Positions 39,195 to 49,174 of a stretch of DNA of 64,000 nt are shown piece by piece. How positions within the stretch are numbered: the stretch's first letter is position 1; every line of letters starts with the position of its first letter. Both the position numbers and the translations under genes were made by a program. Source of the stretch: Bdellovibrio sp. ZAP7 (GTDB taxonomy: Bacteria > Bdellovibrionota > FAC87 > UBA2466); assembly GCA_945878405.1 (NCBI GenBank), contig CAMCTJ010000007.1:74779-138778 (forward strand), given 5' to 3'. Below the pieces are notes generated by a model, which saw only the letters and a list, made by a program, of their open reading frames with translations, ran no database searches and was not told the origin of the DNA.

Positions 39195-40112
39195 CTATTC
39201 TCGTCTTAAATCTGGACCTTGATGTCTGGTGCAATTAGCAGTGAACTGATTCTTTGAACTGGGGGAAGAATCAATCAAATCAAAGTACCTGGCGATCGCC
39301 GGGACTGTTCCCGCTACATCTTTTGCAGAACCGTTTCGAAGTTCCAACAAGAGCGACCAGCTTCCGTGTTTCCAATAGACATAGTCTTCATATGTGCCGT
39401 TTGCGGGATAAATCGCATCTCCGGCATTTCCATAAGAGTAACCATTTACTTCAGCTACTTTTTTAAAGACTTCGCGATATCGGTTTTCATCTAAGGTGTT
39501 ATTGTTATCGGTGTAGAAACCCCAGGGATAAGTGAAATTACCGATATAGCCGTGAGCAGTAACCGCAGCAGCGAAGGGACGAGTTCCCATGAACTCCATC
39601 AGCGTACGAATACTTTTTAGTTTGCCAGTCGATTTATCTTGGCAAGGACCTGGGTAGTCTCGGTTAGGGTCTTGGCCATGTTCGTAACGGCTGTTTCGAT
39701 TAAATCCAGAGACGTTCAAAACAGGGAGAACCGTAAATTCCATTTGAGCTAAATTAGATTTATAAAGCTCATCTGTTTGATATCTCTTGAGGAGATCTTT
39801 TAAAAATTCCATCGCAAACAGAGTAGAGCCACCTTCGTTTCCATGGTGTGTGGCCACGACGAAATGGCCGACTTTAGAAGGATCCATTGATTGAGGGGAG
39901 GTGCTTACTCGTAAAGCGTAGAGTTCAGTCCCTTCATCGTTTGTCCCAATAGAGAAAAATTTTGCCAAACCGGGATGGTTGGTCTCCATGGCTTTTAGTT
40001 CTTTTACGATTTTTGAATACCGGCTTGCATCTTCATCCGAATTTGCTGCTAAACTCACAGAAGACAAAGCGACTAGAAGTAGTCCTAAAACAAGTTTCAT
40101 AAGCTCCCCCAA
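39195..40112 (-). CDS. Zinc carboxypeptidase, M14 family
   Basis: 305 aa. Signal peptide. 'ATHHGNEGGS' (HxxE zinc ligands) and 'AAVTAHGY' (third His). Confidence 0.65.
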   Translation of the reverse strand: MGELMKLVLGLLLVALSSVSLAANSDEDASRYSKIVKELKAMETNHPGLAKFFSIGTNDEGTELYALRVSTSPQSMDPSKVGHFVVATHHGNEGGSTLFAMEFLKDLLKRYQTDELYKSNLAQMEFTVLPVLNVSGFNRNSRYEHGQDPNRDYPGPCQDKSTGKLKSIRTLMEFMGTRPFAAAVTAHGYIGNFTYPWGFYTDNNNTLDENRYREVFKKVAEVNGYSYGNAGDAIYPANGTYEDYVYWKHGSWSLLLELRNGSAKDVAGTVPAIARYFDLIDSSPSSKNQFTANCTRHQGPDLRRE

Positions 40113-40256
40113 AGTTAGTTAGACGCTCGGCGCCAAAAGGTTTCCGAACTTTTTATATTGTAAAAGAAAAACAGGCATCCGCCTTGTAAAAACTGTGTGC
40201 CTCTTAACAATTGTGCCGAAAGAGGGTAGGGTTTCGTCCTTTGAAGGAGAAAAACT

Positions 40257-40799
40257 ATGCGCCTGATGGTTCTAGTCGCCCTTTTTGGAGTCTTCCTGTC
40301 TCAAAGTTTTGCAGTGACCTTTCATGAGCCGGTGAGCAAAATCAGTTTTACTTATGACGAAAATCTGTGGGAGGTCGTTCCTACCAAGGCGAATGAAAAA
40401 GAAACACTCGTGAATCTTCAAAGAAAAGTTGCCGACAAAGACGGCGACACGACTTATTTTTCTCGAATCAGTATTGTAAAAGAAGACACAACCCAAGTGA
40501 AAAAAGTTAAATCCAGCAAACTGCCAAAACTCCAAGCTTACCAAATTCATGCAGTCGAATTTTTAAGAAGCCAGCGTTTCGATATTCTTTCTTCTGAAAT
40601 GAAGAAAGTTGAGGGAATTACCGCAGGTGCTTTTGAGATTTTAGCGAATCAAAGAGATTTCGGACTATCATTTCAACAGCTGGGCTTTTTAGATGGAGAT
40701 ACGGCTTACCTAATGACGGCTACGGTCCGAACCAAGAAGCTTGGTGAATACAAAGTTGAGCTGGAAAAAATGTTTCAATCGGTTCGGCTTGCTCCGTAA
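40257..40799 (+). CDS. Secreted hypothetical protein
   Basis: 180 aa. Signal peptide MRLMVLVALFGVFLSQSFA. Its 3' end overlaps a convergent gene. Confidence 0.35.
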   Translation: MRLMVLVALFGVFLSQSFAVTFHEPVSKISFTYDENLWEVVPTKANEKETLVNLQRKVADKDGDTTYFSRISIVKEDTTQVKKVKSSKLPKLQAYQIHAVEFLRSQRFDILSSEMKKVEGITAGAFEILANQRDFGLSFQQLGFLDGDTAYLMTATVRTKKLGEYKVELEKMFQSVRLAP

Positions 40800-42014
40800 T
40801 CCCAGGAAATCTTCCTGACATTTTAAGTAAGCGCGTAAAGTCTGTTGCAGATGTTGAGCTGGAGAGTAGGATCGTTCCATCTTCTCAGGTCCTTTTTCTC
40901 CCAAGCGTTTTGACAGTTCAGGCTTTTCTAAAATCTCTCGAATAATTTCGGATAATCCCGTTTCGGGATGAAGAGGGACGAGAAGTCCATTTTCCCCAGA
41001 TGTGATGAGATCATTCAAAGCTGGTACATCATAGGCAAGAACGGGAACCCCTAACGCAGAAGCCTCGGCTACCGCCATTCCAAAGCCCTCGGGGCCGCGG
41101 TTGGGTTGGATTAAAGCTTTTGCACTCAAGAGCGCTCTTTGAATATCCAACGAACCCGTTTTTCCCTTAAATAAAACTCGCTGGGTGAGGTTTAACTTCG
41201 CAGTGAGAGCTTGAAGCTCTTCTCGTTGGGGTCCATCTCCAAAAATCCAACACGTCCAAGTGAGATCTCGCAGATGGTTTAAGCAAAGAAGAAGAGAAGC
41301 GATGCCTTTTAAAGACACGAGCCGTGAAGCAACTACTAAAAGATTTTCAGGAGCGTTGCTGAGGGAAAGGACGGCATGTTTTCTGACCAATACTGGGTTG
41401 TAGATAGGGACTATTTGGTTTTCTGAGTACCCGTCTGATTTTAAGCATTTTTCCATGTAAGGGCTAATAGCACCTATCACGGGAAAGCGCTTGAGCGCTT
41501 GTTTTTTTCGGTAGAATTCAAAGAGCGCGTGGGCTCGATGAAAAACACTTTTAAAATGCCCGAGACAACCTTCTTGTTGATGAACTTTTAAACAGGACCA
41601 ACCGCTTTTAAATTGGCAGACGCCGCCTCCCTGGGGAAAAAAACGTTGGCTCGAAGGACAAGTCGGAGCAACGGTGTGCGCAGTGAGAAGACAAGGATAA
41701 AGCCGAGAGATAAATCGCATGATTCGCGCATCGAACTGATCTATCAAATGAATCACATCGGGATCGATTTCGCGGAGTGTGTGCTTTAGTTTTCTCTTAA
41801 CTTGAAAAACTTTCCAAGGAGAACTCAAAGAATTGATTTCGGAAAGCCCGGGCAACGTAAATGAAGCGTCGCAGGCCGGTAAAGCGCCCACTAAATGATC
41901 TGCTAGAAAAAAAGTTTGGTGGCTGCTGGACCGCAGCAGCGTGTTGGTATCACGGACGATTCGTTCTTGTCCGTATGCATCACCCAAAGTGGGACTCAAA
42001 AACAAAATTCTCAT
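40710..42014 (-). CDS. Glycosyltransferase family 1 (GT4-type)
   Basis: ORF 40710-42038. Likely start MRILFLSP. C-terminal 'EGFGMAVAEASALGVPVLAYDVPALNDLI..GENGLLV' is the GT-B E-x7-E sugar-donor motif. Confidence 0.7.
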   Translation of the reverse strand: MRILFLSPTLGDAYGQERIVRDTNTLLRSSSHQTFFLADHLVGALPACDASFTLPGLSEINSLSSPWKVFQVKRKLKHTLREIDPDVIHLIDQFDARIMRFISRLYPCLLTAHTVAPTCPSSQRFFPQGGGVCQFKSGWSCLKVHQQEGCLGHFKSVFHRAHALFEFYRKKQALKRFPVIGAISPYMEKCLKSDGYSENQIVPIYNPVLVRKHAVLSLSNAPENLLVVASRLVSLKGIASLLLCLNHLRDLTWTCWIFGDGPQREELQALTAKLNLTQRVLFKGKTGSLDIQRALLSAKALIQPNRGPEGFGMAVAEASALGVPVLAYDVPALNDLITSGENGLLVPLHPETGLSEIIREILEKPELSKRLGEKGPEKMERSYSPAQHLQQTLRAYLKCQEDFLGLRSKPNRLKHFFQLNFVFTKLLGSDRSRH

Positions 42015-42024
42015 GTTAGAATAA

Positions 42025-43269
42025 GTGTACCACCTCATGATTCAAACAAAAGATTCAGTTTTAGTTTTGCGGGTCTCCCGCCTAGGGAGAATTCCACCTG
42101 CTTTATTCTCAACGGAGTTGATCCAGGAATCTGGACTGCCTACACTCGTCGTTGAGTTTGGGAATCTCAAAGAACAACAAAAAATCGTCAAAGAGAAAAT
42201 TACTAAACTTCGCATCGATGCCCCTTGGGCAAAGTGGCTTCCCAAAAAAGCACAGTTCCCCGCAATGACTGCCTGGACTCTCTTGAAACTTTCCTTCCTG
42301 TTTATGACTCGGGGAAGGCCCAAGATTTTAATTGCTCACGGATTGGTTGAGCAATTTGTTTCCTGGGTGCTTTCAAAGTTGTTTTGGGTGCCTGTGGTTA
42401 TTCACGCTCACGAAATTTATAATCCAGAAGATGTTCAAGGCCCCTTTAGTCAGTTTCTTCTAAGAAGGGAAAAATCAGTCTTTCGGTCTTCAGCTTTTTC
42501 CATTTTCCCTGAAAAAAAACGAGCGCAGATCTATCGAGAGCGGTATCAATTCAACAGTCCAATTTTTATTTCGGCCAATGCCCCCAGAATGGTTCCTCCT
42601 CCCAAGCCAAGAGATTTAAGAAAAGCTTATCAGTTAAGCTCCGGAAGCATGATTATGGGTTATATCGGTGGCATTGGGCCTACCAATCTTTTTGAAATAG
42701 CGATTCAAGCGTTGAGTTTTAATCCTTCAGTTGTATTTTTAGTTTGGGGCTGGGGTGAGCGAGATTATCTTGATCAATTGAATTCATTAGCTCATTGCTT
42801 GGGAGTCTCGGAGCGTTTTATTCATTTAGGGCAACTCAGCGACGAAAAATTAGAAACTCTGGCTGGCTGTGATTTTAGTTACTGCATGTACCAGACAAAT
42901 CTTCTTCGAGCTCAACACGAAGCCACTGCTTCGAACAAGTTTTTTGAAGCGATGGCAGCAGGCATTCCCAGCCTGATTTCATCGCACCCTGATTTTTACC
43001 AATTCAATCGAAAGCATCCCGTCGGCATCTGTGCTCCTAGCCCTACTACAGAAGGGGTAAGCGCCGCTATGAAGGCTTTGGTTGAAAACCCAGTGCTGCG
43101 AAAGAATCTGGGGAAGAATGGTCGAAAACTTTTTGAATCTCAATTCAACTACGAGCAACAGTTTTTCAAGCCTGCTCAAGCTTATCAGGACCTGTACTTT
43201 GGCTATCCTGAGATTTGGTCTTTCAACGAAGTCTACCTGCCTCCCGAAGAGCTTCCCAAAGCCGCCTAG
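42025..43269 (+). CDS. Glycosyltransferase family 1-like
   Basis: 414 aa. C-terminal 'NKFFEAMAAGIPSLIS' resembles the GT-B donor-binding helix. Divergent from the previous GT. Confidence 0.55.
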   Translation: MYHLMIQTKDSVLVLRVSRLGRIPPALFSTELIQESGLPTLVVEFGNLKEQQKIVKEKITKLRIDAPWAKWLPKKAQFPAMTAWTLLKLSFLFMTRGRPKILIAHGLVEQFVSWVLSKLFWVPVVIHAHEIYNPEDVQGPFSQFLLRREKSVFRSSAFSIFPEKKRAQIYRERYQFNSPIFISANAPRMVPPPKPRDLRKAYQLSSGSMIMGYIGGIGPTNLFEIAIQALSFNPSVVFLVWGWGERDYLDQLNSLAHCLGVSERFIHLGQLSDEKLETLAGCDFSYCMYQTNLLRAQHEATASNKFFEAMAAGIPSLISSHPDFYQFNRKHPVGICAPSPTTEGVSAAMKALVENPVLRKNLGKNGRKLFESQFNYEQQFFKPAQAYQDLYFGYPEIWSFNEVYLPPEELPKAA

Positions 43270-43375
43270 TTTCGTATCTCCCCAAAATCTGTTAAGTCTG
43301 TCTGCATAACCCAGGGATAAAAGGCCCCCCAAAAAGGGACCTGCTAAAAAACCCAATAATATAGGCTGGTTGTGT

Positions 43376-43993
43376 GTGTTTACGGGGATAGTACAAGAAG
43401 TCGGTCAAGTGAAGGCCATTAAGGCTCTGAAGGCTGGTTTGAGTTTAGAGATCAGCTGCCAAATGGGCTCTCTCGAATTAGGTGAGAGTATTGCCGTGGA
43501 TGGAGTCTGTCTGACCGTGACCGAAGCCCACCCCCAGGCATTCTCCTGTGAGCTCTCTCCAGAGACCTTGGCCCTGACTTTAGCAAACCAGTACCAAGTC
43601 GGATCTCCTGTAAATTTAGAACGAGCCCTCGCGCTTGGGGATCGCATGGGGGGCCATTGGGTCACTGGCCATGTGGACACTCTGATTCAGCTGACCAAAA
43701 AAGAAATACTCAAAGAATTCTGGAAACTCGAGTTTTCGAAAGTGCCTGATGCTGTTTTGAATCATTTGGTGCATAAAGGAAGCATTGCTCTCAACGGAGT
43801 GAGTTTGACGTTAAATGCCGTCTCGCCTTTGGGTTTTGAAGTGATGATCATTCCGCATACTTTGGAAAAAACGAATTTAAAACTCCTTGAAGAGGGCGAT
43901 TCGGTGAACGTGGAAGTCGACTGGATGAGTAAGCTCATCGTCCAAACCGTTGATCGAATCATGAAAGGGAAATATGAACCCACACTGGCTTAA
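43376..43993 (+). CDS. ribE: Riboflavin synthase alpha subunit
   Basis: The GTG at 43376 gives the canonical '[10 protein letters not shown]'. Two lumazine-binding repeats. The ORF track's TTG at 43370 would add Cys-Val. Confidence 0.85.
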   Translation: MFTGIVQEVGQVKAIKALKAGLSLEISCQMGSLELGESIAVDGVCLTVTEAHPQAFSCELSPETLALTLANQYQVGSPVNLERALALGDRMGGHWVTGHVDTLIQLTKKEILKEFWKLEFSKVPDAVLNHLVHKGSIALNGVSLTLNAVSPLGFEVMIIPHTLEKTNLKLLEEGDSVNVEVDWMSKLIVQTVDRIMKGKYEPTLA

Positions 43994-45182
43994 AATTGAA
44001 GCAGCTTTGGAAGATCTTCGTCAGGGAAAAATGATCATTCTCGTTGACGATGAAGATCGCGAAAATGAAGGCGACCTGGTCATGGCTGCTGAAAAAGTAA
44101 CTGAGCAGGCCATTAATTTTATGGCGAAGCACGGACGAGGTCTGATTTGCCTTACCATGACAGGAAAAGATCTCGATCGCATGAAAATTCCCATGATGGT
44201 GGAAAAAAATGGGACGCGAATGGGAACTGCTTTTACGGCTTCTATTGAAGCCGCTACGGGTGTGACGACTGGTATTTCTGCAGCCGATCGCGCACGGACC
44301 ATTCAAGTGGCAGTTTCTCCAAACTCTGGTCCATCCGACCTCGTGATGCCGGGGCATATTTTTCCGTTGAGAGCCAGGGACGGAGGGGTTCTGGTGAGAG
44401 CGGGGCAAACAGAAGGCAGCGTTGATTTAGCGAAGCTCGCGGGCCTTAATCCCAGTGGGGTTATTTGTGAAATCATGAATGACGATGGCACTATGTCTCG
44501 CATGAACGACTTGGTCCCATTTGCAGAACAGCATGGTCTTCGAATCGTGAGTATTGCCGATCTCATTGCTTATCGAATGCAACAGGAATTATTGGTTACG
44601 GAAGTGGCAGCGGCTGAACTTCCCCTCAAACCTTTTGGCGATTTTGAAATTAAAGTATTTGAGAGCAAAATAGACGGCACCCAACACATTGCTTTGGTTC
44701 GTGGAGAAATTAATTCGGAAACCCCTACGCTGGTGCGGGCACATTCGGAGTGTTTAACCGGAGATGCGTTTGGTTCGGCTCGTTGTGATTGCGGAGCTCA
44801 ACTGCAAGCAAGTCTGAAGCAAATCGGCAGAGAGGGCGGCGTGCTTTTATACATGCGGCAAGAAGGAAGAGGCATTGGACTCGCCAATAAAATCAAAGCC
44901 TATGCACTTCAAGATACTGATGGACTGGATACGGTAGAAGCAAATCATAAACTAGGTTTTAAGGCAGACCAGCGCGATTACGGAATTGGAGCGCAGATCC
45001 TCCGGAGTTTAGGGGTTCGGAAAATGCGGCTTCTTACGAATAATCCCAAGAAGATTTACGGGCTCGATGGCTTTGGCATTGAGATAGTAGAGAGAGTTTC
45101 CATTGAAAGTGAGCCGCACTCTGAAAACCTGCACTATCTGATGACGAAAAAAGAAAAAATGGGGCACTGGTTAAAGCTGTAG
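43974..45182 (+). CDS. ribBA: Bifunctional 3,4-dihydroxy-2-butanone-4-phosphate synthase / GTP cyclohydrolase II
   Basis: 402 aa. '[11 protein letters not shown]' (RibB) and '[18 protein letters not shown]' (RibA zinc site). Confidence 0.9.
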   Translation: MNPHWLKIEAALEDLRQGKMIILVDDEDRENEGDLVMAAEKVTEQAINFMAKHGRGLICLTMTGKDLDRMKIPMMVEKNGTRMGTAFTASIEAATGVTTGISAADRARTIQVAVSPNSGPSDLVMPGHIFPLRARDGGVLVRAGQTEGSVDLAKLAGLNPSGVICEIMNDDGTMSRMNDLVPFAEQHGLRIVSIADLIAYRMQQELLVTEVAAAELPLKPFGDFEIKVFESKIDGTQHIALVRGEINSETPTLVRAHSECLTGDAFGSARCDCGAQLQASLKQIGREGGVLLYMRQEGRGIGLANKIKAYALQDTDGLDTVEANHKLGFKADQRDYGIGAQILRSLGVRKMRLLTNNPKKIYGLDGFGIEIVERVSIESEPHSENLHYLMTKKEKMGHWLKL

Positions 45183-45194
45183 GAGACGATATTC

Positions 45195-45656
45195 ATGCGA
45201 CGGTTTAATGCAAAAGATAAGAAAGTAACTTTTCCAGTGGCTCTAGTGGTGAGTCGCTTTAATGAAGAAGTCACTTCAAAACTTCTGGAAGGAGCTCATG
45301 CCCGTCTTCAGGAGCTGGGGTTTGACGAAGGGCAAATCACAGTGGTGGATGTACCCGGGGCAGTTGAGATTCCCCTCGCCTTGCAGCGTCTCGCAGGACT
45401 CAAAGAGTTTGATGCTTTGATTGCCTTGGGAGCTGTCATTCGCGGCGAGACGAGCCACTATGATTATGTTTGCAATCTGGTAAGCCAAGGTTGCCAGGAG
45501 ATAAGTCTACAATTCAAATTACCCGTGATTTTCGGAGTGCTCACAACGGAAAATGAGGAACAGGCCTTTGACCGATGTGGGGGAAAACACGGCCACAAAG
45601 GGAAAGATGCGGTAGATGCCGCTTGTGAGATGGTGGCTCTTCTTCGTTCATTGTGA
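45195..45656 (+). CDS. ribH: 6,7-dimethyl-8-ribityllumazine synthase
   Basis: 153 aa. 'FPVALVVSRFNEEVT', 'GAVEIPLA', 'ALGAVIRGETSHYDYV'. Confidence 0.9.
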   Translation: MRRFNAKDKKVTFPVALVVSRFNEEVTSKLLEGAHARLQELGFDEGQITVVDVPGAVEIPLALQRLAGLKEFDALIALGAVIRGETSHYDYVCNLVSQGCQEISLQFKLPVIFGVLTTENEEQAFDRCGGKHGHKGKDAVDAACEMVALLRSL

Positions 45657-45670
45657 AGAAATCTTCACAA
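45651..45670. repeat. 20-bp 8-4-8 palindrome TTGTGAAGaaatCTTCACAA (copy 1), overlapping the ribH stop codon
   Basis: Perfect 8-bp inverted arms. Two further copies at 46084 and 50422, all followed by ...T(n)TCT. Confidence 0.7.
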
Positions 45671-45750
45671 TCTCTGCAAAAACGCATGCGTGAGGCCCCG
45701 TAGATTCGGGCAGGGAGCCTATGTTAAGATGTTTGTATAAGGTGGTACGT

Positions 45751-46083
45751 ATGCGGTTAAGTCTCTCAAGGAAAGCTCTGCGTGGTTTTCTCTGCGCTGT
45801 GGTTGGATTAAACCTAGTTGCTTGCAACGCAACTAAATCATCGTCAGTCAGTTCTCCTTCAGTAATCATTGGCGGGAGTAGCTCTACAAATTCCCAAACG
45901 AGTAGTAGTTCCCAAAGTTCTTCTAGTTCAGGTAGCGGCTCTTCCAGTAATACTCCAGCAGTTGCGAGTGTGGCTCCTGCTTCTCAGGCTCTTCCTCCAC
46001 TCACAGTCTCTGGAATAAAAGTTTCATCCGTCTATTCTGGAATTGAAGCTAGCGGAGTTACGTACAACGGCATGTCAGACTGA
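45751..46083 (+). CDS. Small Ser-rich hypothetical lipoprotein bracketed by palindrome copies 1 and 2
   Basis: ORF 45721-46083. The internal Met gives 'MRLSLSRKALRGFLCAVVGLNLVAC' (lipobox LVAC). The rest is poly-Ser 'SSSTNSQTSSSSQSSSSSGSGSSS'. Confidence 0.35.
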   Translation: MRLSLSRKALRGFLCAVVGLNLVACNATKSSSVSSPSVIIGGSSSTNSQTSSSSQSSSSSGSGSSSNTPAVASVAPASQALPPLTVSGIKVSSVYSGIEASGVTYNGMSD

Positions 46084-46103
46084 TTGTGAAGAAACCTTCA
46101 CAA
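46084..46103. repeat. 20-bp palindrome TTGTGAAGaaacCTTCACAA (copy 2), starting immediately after the stop of the small lipoprotein ORF
   Basis: Same arms as copy 1. The central 4 nt differ by 1. Confidence 0.7.
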
Positions 46104-46154
46104 TGTCTTTATAATCTCTTACGCCTAAGAGCACATTGATTGAAGTATTGAAGC

Positions 46155-47348
46155 TTAGGTGGGCGTCTTTGGTATTAAAGCTTTGGTTTTTTCCCAAAAG
46201 CGATTCAACCCAACTGTCGGGTTTAGCTCACCTTGATAGTAGCGGTACGCGTTTTCGCTAAAAAGCGAATAAGAAGAATCAATTTGAGCAATAGCAGAGC
46301 CGATATCAGTCCACTCGTTGAGAGCTATTCCAAATGAGTAATTTGAAAGAGCTTCCTGCAGGCTAGGTAAAGGAGTCGTGATCACCGGTTTTTTTCGAGA
46401 GCAATAGTAAGCTATTTTGGTGGAAGCTTTCCCGATATGAAAAAGCGTTTGATTCACCATCCAAGAGGAAGGCTGAGGAAAATAAGGAGCAAGGCCGATA
46501 TAACTCTCATCTATTAAATCCACTAAGCCCTTCTCATCTAGAAAATCAAAAGTGAAATGGAGCCCCTGATTTTTTTCAAGGCGTCGAATCCTCTTCAGTA
46601 GTTTCGAAGGGGGTTTAAAATGTGTGTGTACTCTTAAGTAAAATGTTGGCGGGATATTCAAAGCAATTGTGTCGAGCATTTCCTCCAAGTTCCATTTTTC
46701 TAAGTTCCCGCAATAGAGAATCATTTTCCCGGTTTTATTAGGGGAGACGTTTGAGGGGAGAGGAAAGCGCTCTTCTGGAGCTACTGCAATGCAATCAATC
46801 GGTTTTCTCCCAATATTTAGTTCTTTTGAGATTAAATCCTTTCTGTTTTTATCCTGACTCAAAACTAAGACAACGGAAGGTAAGCTAGCGGTTTCTTTTC
46901 GAGCAAGCGCCCTCTCATTAGCGGTTCTTAATTCAGTTCTAAATAAAATATGAAAAGATAAGTAAACTACCGGAACCTTTTTGGGAATCTCCATGCGACT
47001 TAAAAGACTCAACCCAGTGGCATCGCAGGTTACTATCAATGAATAATGGCTTTGATGAATGAGGTCTTTCAGTCGGAAAAAATGAATCACACTCCGCCAA
47101 ATCGTTTTTAATTTCCAGGGGCGCCGAAAACTTTGTTTAAAAGCTGAAGGAATGATTCGCCTCACCAACCATACCCACTCAGCAATTTCTTTTCCTTCGC
47201 CTAGACAATTGGAGCGGCTCGGGCAAACCAGATCAAAAGAGAGGTTGTCCGCTTGGCACCTCTCGACCAGAGAATCACAATTAGGATTGGCTCGCCAATA
47301 GCCGTAGGGATATAAAAAAAGAATCTTTTTTTGAGCGCTCAGGTCCAT
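46155..47348 (-). CDS. Hypothetical protein, possibly GT-B-fold glycosyltransferase-like
   Basis: 397 aa with no strong motif. First of a run of co-oriented, overlapping genes in a glycosyltransferase cluster. Confidence 0.35.
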   Translation of the reverse strand: MDLSAQKKILFLYPYGYWRANPNCDSLVERCQADNLSFDLVCPSRSNCLGEGKEIAEWVWLVRRIIPSAFKQSFRRPWKLKTIWRSVIHFFRLKDLIHQSHYSLIVTCDATGLSLLSRMEIPKKVPVVYLSFHILFRTELRTANERALARKETASLPSVVLVLSQDKNRKDLISKELNIGRKPIDCIAVAPEERFPLPSNVSPNKTGKMILYCGNLEKWNLEEMLDTIALNIPPTFYLRVHTHFKPPSKLLKRIRRLEKNQGLHFTFDFLDEKGLVDLIDESYIGLAPYFPQPSSWMVNQTLFHIGKASTKIAYYCSRKKPVITTPLPSLQEALSNYSFGIALNEWTDIGSAIAQIDSSYSLFSENAYRYYQGELNPTVGLNRFWEKTKALIPKTPT

Positions 47349-48052
47349 TTTTTTAATTTGCCTAACAGTTGTTCGTCGAAGTCCCGATGGGAGCGTCGAA
47401 GCATTTCATGATTGAGATGGAGTCCGAGAGCTTTTTGAGGGGGCCGCCATAAGCTTTCAGAATTTGTGAGGAGTTCTGTTTCATCCCATCCCAAAGCGCA
47501 AAACTCCCAGGACGGACGAATATATGAAGCGAGACCAAATCGCTGTACTGCTTGATTGAGAAGCCTCGGCCCGATCTGGCCCCATTCCAAATGATCCGGT
47601 GAGATCTTAATAGACTCTTCCCAACAATATTTCATAACTGGAGACTGGGGGGGAGTTTTGATGACACAGCTAGCAGTGATTCTATCTGTTTCTGTAGTGA
47701 GTGTTTCGCTCGCAAAAACATATGGGACAGAATCAAAATTCCACTCAGCGAGACAAAAAACATCCGTGTCTATCCAAACCCCCCCTTTTTTTAAAAGAAG
47801 AGCATAACGAAAGATATTAGAAAAAGCCGAAAAGCTTCCCTTTCCGGGCCCCTTTTTATATTGGAAAATGTTTTCTTTGGGAAGGATCTCGGTGGCATCC
47901 TTAATAACGACGCCCTCCGGCACCGCTTCTACCAACTCATAGCAATAAAGCTCAACCTGGTGATGGTATTTCACAAAGCTTTTTAATGCCTCTGTGTGTA
48001 GGGGTTTTAATTGCGGGCCAACCCATAAAGTCTGTAAAGCTGTAGCTGACAT
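47339..48052 (-). CDS. DXD-motif glycosyltransferase (sugar-binding region, GT32-like)
   Basis: 237 aa. 'KKGGVWIDTDVFCL' matches the Gly_transf_sug DxD region. 10-nt overlap with the downstream gene. Confidence 0.5.
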   Translation of the reverse strand: MSATALQTLWVGPQLKPLHTEALKSFVKYHHQVELYCYELVEAVPEGVVIKDATEILPKENIFQYKKGPGKGSFSAFSNIFRYALLLKKGGVWIDTDVFCLAEWNFDSVPYVFASETLTTETDRITASCVIKTPPQSPVMKYCWEESIKISPDHLEWGQIGPRLLNQAVQRFGLASYIRPSWEFCALGWDETELLTNSESLWRPPQKALGLHLNHEMLRRSHRDFDEQLLGKLKKWT

Positions 48053-48084
48053 AAAACAGACTTTATCCTACACTTAGAACTTCG

Positions 48085-48200
48085 ATGAAAAAACTCATAA
48101 TTCAAATACCCTGTTGGAATGAGGCGGAGACGGTTAGTGAGACCATTTTAGCGCTCCCCACCAGGGTAGAGGGTTTTGATTCAGTTGAGGTCTTAGTCAT
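48085..48200 (+). pseudogene. Remnant of a GT2 polyprenol-phosphate glycosyltransferase (N-terminal ~38 codons only)
   Basis: 'MKKLIIQIPCWNEAETVSETILALPTRVEGFDSVEVLVI' aligns with 'LKLIIQIPCFNEEKSLPLALAALPREVPGFETVEWLVVDDGS' of the intact GT2 at 60795-61736. Homology is lost after about 38 codons. Confidence 0.5.
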
Positions 48201-48205
48201 TATTT

Positions 48206-49174
48206 TTAAAACGACTCGGGCTTTAGCGCTGTCTTATTTCCGATATGCAATAAAGCCAAAACTCCTCCCCAAATTCGCCCCAACAAGAGCTGGCCTTGAA
48301 GAGCAAGCTTGAATTTACCAGGGCCGCGACAAGGTCTAAAGGCCATCCAGATTAAAATCGGGTTTTTTAAAATAGCGTAAACATTCGGCCAAATAACTTT
48401 GTGAAAAATGGAGTTTTTCCCTGATAAGTAGAGTTCCATTTCAGCGTCAGAACGCCCCTGCCACCAGGCTCTTCTTCTAAAGTAGCCTTGTGTTAATCTA
48501 TCAGTGCTAATCTGATGAAAACCTTTTATTGCGGGGTCATAAAAAAACCTAGCTCCCAGAGCTTCTAGTTTAAGTAGAGTCAGAGTTTCATCATTACTTC
48601 TCAAGTTGCCCGTTTGTCGGTTAATACGTTCGTCAAAGCCACCGATTTTTCTTAGTAAATGAGCTGGGAGAACCAAATTCGCAGAACAAAGTGCCTTAGC
48701 TTGCACAGGAATAAAATCAGGTCCTAACTGAATAGAGCTGAGATAGTTTTCAAGAAAAGGGCCATACCAACGGGGAAGAGGACTGTGAAAGTTTAGTTGT
48801 ACTTTTCCGCCCAAACAATCCGTTGACGTATCGAGAGTTAAATATCTTTCAAAAATTCGTTCTAGCCATTGGGGATGAGGTAACGTGTCATCATCAAGAA
48901 AGGCGATCAAACTACCTGCAGCCGCTTTAAACCCTCTGTTTCTCGAAAAATTTGAGCCCACTCTCAATTCTTTAAGCATTCTCAGGTTCGGCAATCGGCC
49001 TTTCCATTTTTCCAAAACATCTTGAGTGTTATCGGAGGAAGCATTGTTGACTATGATAGCCTCCCAAAACTGAGAGGGTAAACTTTGAGAGGCTAGCTCC
49101 ATTAAAAGTCTTTCCAGTTGGTTTTGTCGATCCCTCGTGGGAACGACTACTGAAATGAAACGATCGGAAATCAC
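48206..49174 (-). CDS. Glycosyltransferase family 2
   Basis: 322 aa. 'ISVVVPTRDRQNQLERLL', 'AFLDDDTLPHPQWL' (DxD). Confidence 0.7.
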   Translation of the reverse strand: MISDRFISVVVPTRDRQNQLERLLMELASQSLPSQFWEAIIVNNASSDNTQDVLEKWKGRLPNLRMLKELRVGSNFSRNRGFKAAAGSLIAFLDDDTLPHPQWLERIFERYLTLDTSTDCLGGKVQLNFHSPLPRWYGPFLENYLSSIQLGPDFIPVQAKALCSANLVLPAHLLRKIGGFDERINRQTGNLRSNDETLTLLKLEALGARFFYDPAIKGFHQISTDRLTQGYFRRRAWWQGRSDAEMELYLSGKNSIFHKVIWPNVYAILKNPILIWMAFRPCRGPGKFKLALQGQLLLGRIWGGVLALLHIGNKTALKPESF

